From Tolypothrix carrinoi HA7290-LM1 (GTDB taxonomy: Bacteria > Cyanobacteriota > Cyanobacteriia > Cyanobacteriales > Nostocaceae), in the NCBI GenBank assembly GCA_019358935.1, contig JAHHIK010000128.1:1-21863 (forward strand): 21,863 nt of DNA, given 5' to 3'. The notes under the pieces are model-generated. The model did no database searches, was not told the origin of the DNA, and saw nothing but the letters and a program-made list of their open reading frames with translations. Both the position numbers and the translations under genes were made by a program. Shown here one piece after another: positions 1-7,496 of this stretch. Each line of letters starts with the position of its first letter. Positions within the stretch are counted from its first letter, which is position 1.

Positions 1-26
1 TCTCGCGGTGTGACATATCTAGTCAT
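1..26 (-). mobile_element. Probable 5' start of an IS607-family transposase/serine recombinase (TnpA) running off the window edge
   Basis: Minus-strand ATG at 26 reads M-T-R-Y-V-T-P-R-(E/D), resembling the MerR-like HTH N-terminus of IS607 TnpA. It is preceded by an extended -10 (TG-G-TACTAT, 59..51) and lies just beyond the abrupt truncation of trpB2. Only 8 full codons are visible. Confidence 0.45.
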
Positions 27-50
27 AAATGCCTGGTTAATTACTTTTTT

Positions 51-59
51 ATAGTACCA
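51..59 (-). promoter_or_regulatory. Extended -10 promoter element (TGnTACTAT) for the ORF starting at 26
   Basis: Minus strand reads GCGTGGTACTATAAAAAAG, about 25 nt upstream of the ATG. Confidence 0.4.
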
Positions 60-112
60 CGCACCTGAAGATAATTCCGGCTATTTCTATAAATTAGTAC
101 TTAATCTGTGTT

Positions 113-631
113 CTAGTTGTAGCGGTAGGGTTTTTGATGGTAGCTGACTTTTACCATGTAAACCACTACCTCTAAACCAAAAAAAGCACCAGCCAAGGAG
201 AGCGAAGAACCCCATTGTCCTGCACCAGTTTCAGTGGTTAGGCGTTTGACTCCGGCAATTTTATTGTAATAAGCTTGAGGAATAGCGGTGTTTGGTTTAT
301 GGCTGCCAGCAGGACTTACTCCCTCATATTTGTAGTAAATCTTGGCAGGAGTATCAAGAGCTTTTTCTAGGCGTCTGGCACGGTAGAGTGGAGTTGGTCG
401 CCACTGACGGTAGATTGATTGCACTTGGTCAGGAATCTCAATCCAACGTTGTTGGCTTACCTCCTGCTCAATTAGCTGTGTTGGAAAAAGGGGTTCTAAG
501 TCTTTTGCTGTAATCGGTTGACCTGTACCAGGGTGTAGCACTGGCGGCATGGGGACGGGCAAATCTGCCTGGATATTATACCAGGAGTCAGGCATCTGGT
601 CTTCTCTAAGCGTGTACTTGATAGTGTCCAT
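113..631 (-). pseudogene. trpB2: Tryptophan synthase beta-chain type 2 (TrpB2-like PLP enzyme), 5' fragment only
   Basis: Has TrpB2 motifs [36 protein letters not shown] (PLP lysine) and TETGAGQWG. It stops at QKPYRYN* after 172 aa, whereas the family is about 430-460 aa. Confidence 0.85.
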
Positions 632-791
632 CTGTCAAAAGCTACTGCTATCTTACTCTGGTTGCCTTGCTCACCTTGTTGGTCAGGAAAAATACTATGG
701 CAAGTGTATTCTCATTTTTAACAATTGTCTTAGTATTAAACAATGATTTTTTTTTGGAAACAACAGTCAAAACAACAAAAATGAATGAGAT

Positions 792-1490
792 ATGTCTCAA
801 CCAATAGATTTTGACAACAATCCACCTATTTCTGCCGATGAATACGATCAAGGTGCTCAGTTAGCGCTACCTGGGTATGAAGTCATGCATACAATGGTTC
901 TGGCGTGTTTGCAGGCTTATTTACCCGAAACTGCCGACTTACTTGTGGTAGGATCGGGTACGGGAATGGAACTAGCACGCTTAGGTAACGCTTGTCCGCA
1001 GTGGCATTTTCTGGGAATTGACCCCTCAGAAAAGATGCAAGCGATCGCAAAACAAAAAATGTCTGATCATCAACTTTCTCAGCGAGTGAAGTTGATCCAG
1101 GGCTACACACAGGATTTACCTACAGATATCCTGTATAATGCTGCAACCAGCATTCTAGTAATGCATTTTATTCCACCATCAGATAAATTACAATTTTTGC
1201 AAAGCATTGCTCAACGTCTTCATCCTTCTGCCCCGTTTGTACTTGTGGATGTATTCGGGGAAAAGCAAGGAAAGGAATTGAAACAATTAATGCCCATACT
1301 ACATGCCTATTGGAATGCAATGGGATTGCCACCGCAAAAGCAGCAAGAACTTTTAGCAGGATATCACCAAGGGGTATATCCCTTAGCGGAAACCAGCATT
1401 TTGAATTTACTTGAGCAAGCTGGTTTTGAGAAAACGATGCGTTTTTATACAGGACTTTGGGTTGGTGGTTGGCTAGCCTTCAAAAGATAA
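792..1490 (+). CDS. Class I SAM-dependent methyltransferase (CmoA-like/Methyltransf family)
   Basis: Motif I LLVVGSGTGME, acidic motif II GIDPSEKM, and ATSILVMHF; 232 aa. Confidence 0.85.
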   Translation: MSQPIDFDNNPPISADEYDQGAQLALPGYEVMHTMVLACLQAYLPETADLLVVGSGTGMELARLGNACPQWHFLGIDPSEKMQAIAKQKMSDHQLSQRVKLIQGYTQDLPTDILYNAATSILVMHFIPPSDKLQFLQSIAQRLHPSAPFVLVDVFGEKQGKELKQLMPILHAYWNAMGLPPQKQQELLAGYHQGVYPLAETSILNLLEQAGFEKTMRFYTGLWVGGWLAFKR

Positions 1491-1585
1491 AATTATAAAC
1501 AATGGTGCGATCGCACCCGCTCAAGCTTTTTTTGTTGACTTTTCAGTAATTATATGCTTATTCAGCAGAAGTCCGCAGTCGAGAC

Positions 1586-1753
1586 GCGATATTCCTCGCG
1601 TCTGTAGCGATATTCCTCGCGTCTGTAGCGATATTCCTCGCGTCTGTAGCGATGTTGGTCGCGTCTGTAGCGATGTTGGTCGCGTCTGTAGCGATGTTGG
1701 TCGCGTCTGTAGCGATGTTGGTCGCGTCTGTAGCGATGTTGGTCGCGTCTGTA
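1586..1753. repeat. 21-bp tandem array, 8 units (3x GCGATATTCCTCGCGTCTGTA + 5x GCGATGTTGGTCGCGTCTGTA)
   Basis: Read directly. The first unit completes the palindrome AGACGCGA-N6-TCGCGTCT. There are no unique spacers. Confidence 0.95.
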
Positions 1754-1789
1754 CAGGAGTCAGAAGGAAAATGGCTTTGTATGTAGCTT

Positions 1790-2052
1790 TTAGATATGGC
1801 TGCTGTATTTCCGCAACGTTGCAAACTGCTGTAAATCAATGCTAACTACTCTGCGGTTTCCGTTCTTGGGGAACTCATCTAAATATAGTTCAGTTGCTTC
1901 TTTGCTCATAGTGCGATCGCTTCTTCTATCGTCTCTCCTTGACTAGCAGTTCCCACCTCTGGACATTCAGCTACGTAAACATCTTCTTCCCAGTGCAGAA
2001 TTGCTGTAAAGGTTTGAGTTTTTTTGTCTTGAGCCTGTTTTAATGAACTCAT
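1790..2052 (-). pseudogene. hicB: HicB-family antitoxin, frameshifted/split
   Basis: ATG at 2052 gives MSSLKQAQDKKTQTFTAILHWEEDVYVAECPEVGTASQGETIEEAIAL* (stop 1908..1906). The expected continuation KEATELYLDEFP follows in another frame (to stop at 1792..1790). Not in the ORF track; no hicA seen. Confidence 0.8.
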
Positions 2053-2078
2053 AGAGTGTTTATCTAGCTATATTTCAT

Positions 2079-2203
2079 TAGACTTCTTGCATAAATCAAA
2101 ACGAAGAACCCCACCCCGCCTTTGACTTACGTCAAAGTCTCCCCTCCCCGCCTGCGGGGAGGGGTTGGGGGTGGGGTTTTGGAGGACTTTTGCAAGAGGT
2201 CTA
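2079..2203. mobile_element. MITE/REP-like element with terminal inverted repeats
   Basis: Ends TAGACTTCTTGCA ... TGCAAGAGGTCTA. Internal hairpins are CTTTGAC-TTAC-GTCAAAG, CCCCTCCCCGC-CT-GCGGGGAGGGG and AACCCCACCCC/GGGGTGGGGTT. Confidence 0.75.
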
Positions 2204-2218
2204 TTACTTTATTGTTGC

Positions 2219-4744
2219 TTAATCCCCTAGAACCAACAACATCCGCGCCTCAATTCCTTCCCAAGTTTTGGGTGACACCCGCACCGCTGCTTGTTTGCAC
2301 TGGATAATCAGGTAATTTGCATAGAGATAATTGTCCAGTGCCTTTGCTTCTTCCTCAGATAAATCGACCATTTCTGAGGTAAGCTTGAAAGCATTGAGCC
2401 AAGTCTGTATAATGCGGTCAGTAAATGCCCAATGTACTTGCTGAGGTTGTTTATCATCAGGAATTTGGGCTTTGAGTTCTTTGAGTCGGGCAATTAGCAC
2501 TGTAAAGTTTACAGATTGGAAAATTTTTATTTCATCCAATTCTGTAGCTAGGTTGATAAACTTGTCGATGGCGTTGGCGTTGGCGTTGGCGTTGGCTATG
2601 GCGTTGGCTATGGTGTCGGCTATGGCGTTGGCTATGGCTATGGCGTTGGCGTTGGCGTTGGCTATGGCTATGGCGTTGGCTATGGCGTTGGCGTCGGCTA
2701 TGGCGTTGGCTATGGCGTTGGCTATGGCTATGGCTATGGCTATGGCTATGGCTATGGCTATGGCTATGGCTATGGCGATCGCAATTGCACGTTTATCCAC
2801 GGGTTTATAATTACCTTCAGATCCATCTGTTACCTGTTCTGCCCAGCGCAGTAAGGTTTGTAATTTAGAAGTGCGGAATAGATTTGGGAATTTACGGGTT
2901 TTAATATACTTTTGTGCTTCCTTTTCCATCAATAACAGCAAGTTATCTGCACCACCGCGCATTAATCCAGCCACTAGCAAAAATACTTCTTTCCAGCGTT
3001 TATCAGTAAGGTGTTCTGCAACCAACTTTTCGATTAGTTGATGGTCGTCAATATATTGTGCTGTTAAATATTCCTGTAGCGTCAAATGGGAGAATGAATA
3101 AATATCCCGTTTTCGTTCTACTAAAATCCCCTGCTGAATAGCTATAGCATTCAAAACCGCCTCAGCCTCTAAATGCTTCGGTGCATTGTCATTACTTGCG
3201 AGGAACTCTTTTATTTGTCTCACTACTTCTTGGTGAGAAAAGAATAGTTTATCTGCTTCAAAGCCTAGATAAGCAATTTCCGAAAGCATGATTTTCTCTA
3301 AATCAACGCCGATTGTCTGATCGATACGGTCTTCTTGAATCCGTTTTTCGGCTCGCCATCTTCTCAGTAATATATCTAACGCATCACTGTATAGCGTAGA
3401 CCGATTTTTTGGCAAGTCCTGAGATTCGTCATATACTAAACAGATAAAAGTTAGTAACAGAGGAGTTTGGGCAAGTTCCTTAGTTGCTCTATATTCTGGT
3501 TGATTCAATAAGCGCCAGAACTTTTCAGCAGTTTCTACTTTCTTATCAACCTCTGAGGAAAACCAATTTTTAATAAACTGCTTAATTTGAGTATCATTAA
3601 ATTCGGCAATAGTAACTTTGGTAAAGTTATTAAAGTTACGACGATAGGCAGCGATACGGCAAGAGATAATAAACCGATTTTTCTGCCATTTCTCAACAAA
3701 ACTTTGAATTTGACTAATTGCCAAATCCATATTATCTGTTGGTACTTCATCCAAGCCATCGAGCACAATCAACAACTTGCCTTGCTCTAATGCTTTGGTT
3801 GTAAAATCTTCAGCAATTGGCAATTGACAATCACAAAATTCATTGAAAATCGTTTTTTTAATATGAATTTCTCTATCAGCAAATTGTTTCAAGTCAATAA
3901 AAACCGGAATACATTTATGCTGATATTCACTTTGATAATCCTTAAGTGCTTCAAGTCCTATTTTTCGTAAGAATGTAGACTTTCCCGCGCCAGGAGCGCC
4001 GAGTACCATCAAATATTGCTGCTGATTTGCTACTTTAATACCATCTTGTGTATTAGGCTTTTCATCTATAAATCCGCGTCTTCCTGCTTGGCGGTAAAGT
4101 TCCTGCAAGCCTTCGCCTGACTCAAATTTAGAAATATATGAATACTGTAAACATTGCACTGCTGTATAGATTGAATCCAAATCTACAGGTTTCTGCATTC
4201 CCAATATTTGCAGTTTATTGTGGCGTTTGTGGTAGTTAATAATGTATTGCTGAGATGCCCGATAAATTAATTTTTTTGTTTTCTCATCTAAAGGACGGTC
4301 AAGTATATTTATATAAAGGTCAGCGAAATGTTTAACTGCTTCATCTGGTGCAACTTCCGGCAGTGCAATCAGCTGATCTAGGCTGACATGATTAACTCCA
4401 GGCAATTCTAAAGAGCGTAAAATTGCATTCGCCGAACCTTCGACAACCACAACGCGGCTGAGTGTCCCTCCAATAGGTTTTAAAGAGAGATTTTGCAGTG
4501 CTTGGACAGTATCACCGACTGCCTCAGCAAGTTGATTTTTTCGCCGATCAATTAATGCCTGTCGATAAGCTTCATAAGATGAAAATTGGTTCGGTTCAAG
4601 CGGTGGATTGCTGGCATCTTTTTTGATTTTATTATCAGAACCCAAAGTGATAATTGCACGAATCTCTTCATTCCCCCGCGCATGTGTCAGAACTTCTTCT
4701 AGCAAAGGGTCGATTTTGGCAATCTGGCTTTCGTTAAGATTCAT
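2219..4744 (-). CDS. NACHT-domain STAND NTPase (bacterial NLR-like) with N-terminal I9/propeptide-like domain and C-terminal (Ala-X)n repeat
   Basis: Walker A GAPGAGKST, NACHT Walker B LLIVLDGLDE, IISCR sensor, TPLLL helical domain, FSHLTLQEY winged-helix motif, and the LGMQKPVDLDSIY pre-NACHT motif typical of cyanobacterial NACHTs; 841 aa. Confidence 0.92.
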   Translation of the reverse strand: MNLNESQIAKIDPLLEEVLTHARGNEEIRAIITLGSDNKIKKDASNPPLEPNQFSSYEAYRQALIDRRKNQLAEAVGDTVQALQNLSLKPIGGTLSRVVVVEGSANAILRSLELPGVNHVSLDQLIALPEVAPDEAVKHFADLYINILDRPLDEKTKKLIYRASQQYIINYHKRHNKLQILGMQKPVDLDSIYTAVQCLQYSYISKFESGEGLQELYRQAGRRGFIDEKPNTQDGIKVANQQQYLMVLGAPGAGKSTFLRKIGLEALKDYQSEYQHKCIPVFIDLKQFADREIHIKKTIFNEFCDCQLPIAEDFTTKALEQGKLLIVLDGLDEVPTDNMDLAISQIQSFVEKWQKNRFIISCRIAAYRRNFNNFTKVTIAEFNDTQIKQFIKNWFSSEVDKKVETAEKFWRLLNQPEYRATKELAQTPLLLTFICLVYDESQDLPKNRSTLYSDALDILLRRWRAEKRIQEDRIDQTIGVDLEKIMLSEIAYLGFEADKLFFSHQEVVRQIKEFLASNDNAPKHLEAEAVLNAIAIQQGILVERKRDIYSFSHLTLQEYLTAQYIDDHQLIEKLVAEHLTDKRWKEVFLLVAGLMRGGADNLLLLMEKEAQKYIKTRKFPNLFRTSKLQTLLRWAEQVTDGSEGNYKPVDKRAIAIAIAIAIAIAIAIAIAIAIANAIANAIADANAIANAIAIANANANAIAIANAIADTIANAIANANANANAIDKFINLATELDEIKIFQSVNFTVLIARLKELKAQIPDDKQPQQVHWAFTDRIIQTWLNAFKLTSEMVDLSEEEAKALDNYLYANYLIIQCKQAAVRVSPKTWEGIEARMLLVLGD
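2567..2788 (-). repeat. In-frame hexanucleotide repeat, 37 units (mainly GCCATA/GCCAAC), encoding (AI/AN)37
   Basis: Read directly: 11 consecutive AI, then mixed AN/AI/AD/TI. Confidence 0.95.
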
Positions 4745-4819
4745 ATAGCAATCCGAATTGAATCGTGAGAAAATACGTAGGTTGGATATTAAATATAAAC
4801 GTAAAATTTTATTCAGCCC

Positions 4820-4926
4820 TGGCGATTAGAAATCGCGGCTACACAGACAAAACCCGCCTGCGCGGGTTATTTTATTAAGTCCACGTAGGTGGACTTTGTT
4901 TGTGTAGTAGCGAATTCTATTCGCCC
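4820..4926. repeat. Multi-hairpin REP/MITE-like element between the protease and NACHT genes
   Basis: Terminal hairpins GCGATT-AGA-AATCGC and GCGAAT-TCT-ATTCGC. A long stem CTACACAGACAAA/TTTGTTTGTGTAG encloses ACCCGC..GCGGGT and AGTCCAC-GTAG-GTGGACT. Confidence 0.75.
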
Positions 4927-4945
4927 AATTGCTTTTCACTCTTAT

Positions 4946-6154
4946 TTAGGACTGGTATAGTGCCGCTGTCACCTGAATTAAACCTTGACCTTGGCGGTTC
5001 CGGTCGTGTCCCAAATCTAGACAAGTCGAAAGCAGTGCGTCAAACAAACGCCCTACCGTAATTTGTTTGTTGTACTTCTCTAATATTAAAGCTGCTACAC
5101 CAGAAACGATTGGGGTAGCCATCGAAGTTCCATCCCAAGCTTCGTAACCGCCACCTTGAACAGATGAATAAACTCCTTCACCAGGAGCAACTAAATAGGG
5201 TACGTTATAAAGATGATTATTGATAGATATCGTGCCACTGCCACTAAAATAGGCAACTTGACCGCCAAAGTTTGTAGCACCTACCGAAACCGCGCCTTTA
5301 CAATTTGCTGGCGCATCAGTTCTGTTAAATCCATCATTGCCAATAGCGCAAACCGGCAATATTCCTACTGCCAGCAAAGTATCAATTAAATCGCTAATTC
5401 CATCATAATATTGAGGAATGCCAGCGGAAATATTCACAATATTCACATCTACGCGAGTTCCCAGCCAGTCAAGCCATAAAAACAAGTCTGATAATTTGCC
5501 TGTACCGCGAGGAATGAGAACGCCATTGATCAGTTTGGTTTCTGGTGCTACCCCAATCTGTTGACCGCAAATCAATCCCGCAACGTGAGTACCATGACCA
5601 TCGGTATCTTGGCAAGGTGTTGACTGGATTTGCTGTGTTCTGTCATTAAAACTATAAGATTCAGTTACTTTGCCTTGCAATTGGGAGTGGCTGTTGTCGA
5701 TACCCGTGTCCAGAACAGCAACGGTGATGTTTCTGCCTGTGCCTTCAAATCCCTGTTGACGTGCTATGTTAAGGGCGATCGCATCCAAATGCCATAAATC
5801 TGCTGCTGTGATTTTATCTTTACTAGCTGTTACATTGCGTTCTGGCTGAATCAACTCAATCGGCTGGTCGCGTAATATCAAAGCGTTGGGCAACTCGCGA
5901 CGCATTTTTACAGCTTCTTCATCCGACATTTCTACAATAGCGGCTCCAGTAATTCCTGAGTAAGTAGGATGCTTTGAGACGTTTTCTGCATCTTCTAACC
6001 AGTGTTCAATTTCTCTGTGAACTGGATCTTCTTCCCAAAAACTAACCACTTCCGCAACTTGCCCTGGACGACTTTCTGAGGTGAATTTTCGGGATTGCAG
6101 TTTTAGCGATCGCGCTATTGATGTCGCCTTTGGTCGAATAATATAAATACTCAT
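4946..6154 (-). CDS. Subtilisin-family (S8) serine peptidase with N-terminal prodomain, no signal peptide
   Basis: Complete triad VAVLDTG (Asp), HGTHVAG (His), GTSMATP (Ser) and oxyanion Asn in AIGNDG. Start placed at MSIYIIRPK (6154) because the 24-codon upstream extension overlaps a hairpin. Confidence 0.92.
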   Translation of the reverse strand: MSIYIIRPKATSIARSLKLQSRKFTSESRPGQVAEVVSFWEEDPVHREIEHWLEDAENVSKHPTYSGITGAAIVEMSDEEAVKMRRELPNALILRDQPIELIQPERNVTASKDKITAADLWHLDAIALNIARQQGFEGTGRNITVAVLDTGIDNSHSQLQGKVTESYSFNDRTQQIQSTPCQDTDGHGTHVAGLICGQQIGVAPETKLINGVLIPRGTGKLSDLFLWLDWLGTRVDVNIVNISAGIPQYYDGISDLIDTLLAVGILPVCAIGNDGFNRTDAPANCKGAVSVGATNFGGQVAYFSGSGTISINNHLYNVPYLVAPGEGVYSSVQGGGYEAWDGTSMATPIVSGVAALILEKYNKQITVGRLFDALLSTCLDLGHDRNRQGQGLIQVTAALYQS

Positions 6155-6185
6155 CAAATACTCTGACCAACTTTTATCTAATAAA

Positions 6186-6218
6186 TTTATGGGGTAGGCG
6201 ACATACCTACCCCACAAA
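6186..6218. terminator. Hairpin downstream of ispH (terminator or REP-like stabiliser)
   Basis: TTTATGGGGTAGG-CGACATA-CCTACCCCACAAA; no clear U-tract on the minus strand. Confidence 0.45.
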
Positions 6219-6238
6219 TAGAGCATACCAGGTTCTTT

Positions 6239-7447
6239 TTAAACCACCGCTGCTGTAGCTTTCAATTCAAAAATCTTCTCAATCACATCTTCTACCACCT
6301 TATCGGGTGTAGAAGCACCAGAGGTAATTCCTACAACAATTTCATTATCTGGCAACCAGTTTTCTGTTATCTTCAACTCACCATTTAATAGTCGATGCTC
6401 AATCGCATTTCCTGATTTAATTCGCTCTACACAATCGATATGATAAGAAGGAATTTTCTGCTCCACGGCAATTTGTTGTAATTGAGTAGTATTCGAGGAA
6501 TTAAATCCACCAATTACCACCATTAAATTCAGCTTTTGTTCAACTAAACCCAACATCGCGTCTTGCCGTTCTTGGGTAGCATCGCAAATAGTATTAAAGC
6601 TTTGAAAGTGCTGATTTAAATCAATGGGACCATACTTTTTCAACATGGTACGCTCAAACAGTTTACCAAGTTGCTCGGTTTCGCCTTTGAGCATCGTTGT
6701 TTGATTGGCGATACCAACTCTTTCTAAATCTTTATCGGGGTCAAATCCGGCGCTAACTGCTTTGCTAAATTTTGCGAGAAATTCTTGACGATTCCCACCA
6801 TTAAGAATGTAGTCAGCAACATATTCAGCTTCTTGCATATTCAGCACAATTAGATATTTACCAGCAAAGGAACTAGTAGCAATCGTTTCTTCGTGCTTAT
6901 ATTTGCCGTGAATAATTGAAGTGTAATCGCCTTTTTTATGTTTTTCAACTGTGTTCCAAACTTTCGACACCCAAGGACAAGTAGTATCAACAATTTTGCA
7001 GCCTTTATCGTTAAGAATCTGCATTTCTTGGACGCTTGCGCCAAAAGCAGGTAATATAACTACATCACCAGTTTCTACCACAGAAAAGTCTTTTTTACCA
7101 GCATCAAAAGGGATAAATCCTACTTGCATTTCCAGCATTCGCTGATTTACAGAAGGATTGTGAATAATTTCATTAGTAATCCAAATTCTTTCTCTAGGGA
7201 AATGCTTGCGGGTTTCATACGCCATTGCCACAGCACGTTCGACACCCCAACAAAAGCCAAAAGCTTGCGCTAGTTGAATGGTTGTATTACCGCGTTTTAA
7301 AGTGTAATTGTTATCGCGGATTTGTTGAATTAAATTGCTTTGATATTCGGATTGCAACTGGGTGGCAACTTCGGCTTGATGACCAAACCCTTTGCGATGA
7401 TAGTTTTCTGAATGTTGGAGCGATCGCTTAAAAGCTTTTGTATCCAT
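6239..7447 (-). CDS. ispH: 4-hydroxy-3-methylbut-2-enyl diphosphate reductase
   Basis: [37 protein letters not shown] and GITSGASTP; cyanobacterial N-terminal extension. Confidence 0.97.
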   Translation of the reverse strand: MDTKAFKRSLQHSENYHRKGFGHQAEVATQLQSEYQSNLIQQIRDNNYTLKRGNTTIQLAQAFGFCWGVERAVAMAYETRKHFPRERIWITNEIIHNPSVNQRMLEMQVGFIPFDAGKKDFSVVETGDVVILPAFGASVQEMQILNDKGCKIVDTTCPWVSKVWNTVEKHKKGDYTSIIHGKYKHEETIATSSFAGKYLIVLNMQEAEYVADYILNGGNRQEFLAKFSKAVSAGFDPDKDLERVGIANQTTMLKGETEQLGKLFERTMLKKYGPIDLNQHFQSFNTICDATQERQDAMLGLVEQKLNLMVVIGGFNSSNTTQLQQIAVEQKIPSYHIDCVERIKSGNAIEHRLLNGELKITENWLPDNEIVVGITSGASTPDKVVEDVIEKIFELKATAAVV

Positions 7448-7496
7448 CGTTTTTTCTTTAGAGACTCCTCTGTCTTATTGTAGGAGCGCAAAGACA

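Noticed and set aside
1586..1753. Possible CRISPR array
   Set aside because: Units are head-to-tail 21-mers with no unique spacers, and there are no cas genes in the window
1558..1839. 93-aa ORF with ATDATNI repeats as a real gene
   Set aside because: TTG start, overlaps the hicB remnant, and its length comes from a stop-free tandem repeat
2472..2810. Plus-strand (MA/LA)n ORF
   Set aside because: Antisense shadow of the NACHT hexamer repeat
2219..6154. Assignment to known IetAS or Avs1 systems
   Set aside because: IetA is a classical AAA+ ATPase rather than NACHT, and Avs1 uses a trypsin-like protease fused to a STAND with TPRs; neither architecture matches
6155..6226. 24-aa N-terminal extension of the S8 protease as a signal peptide
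   Set aside because: No hydrophobic core and it overlaps the hairpin after ispH; the ATG at 6154 is preferred
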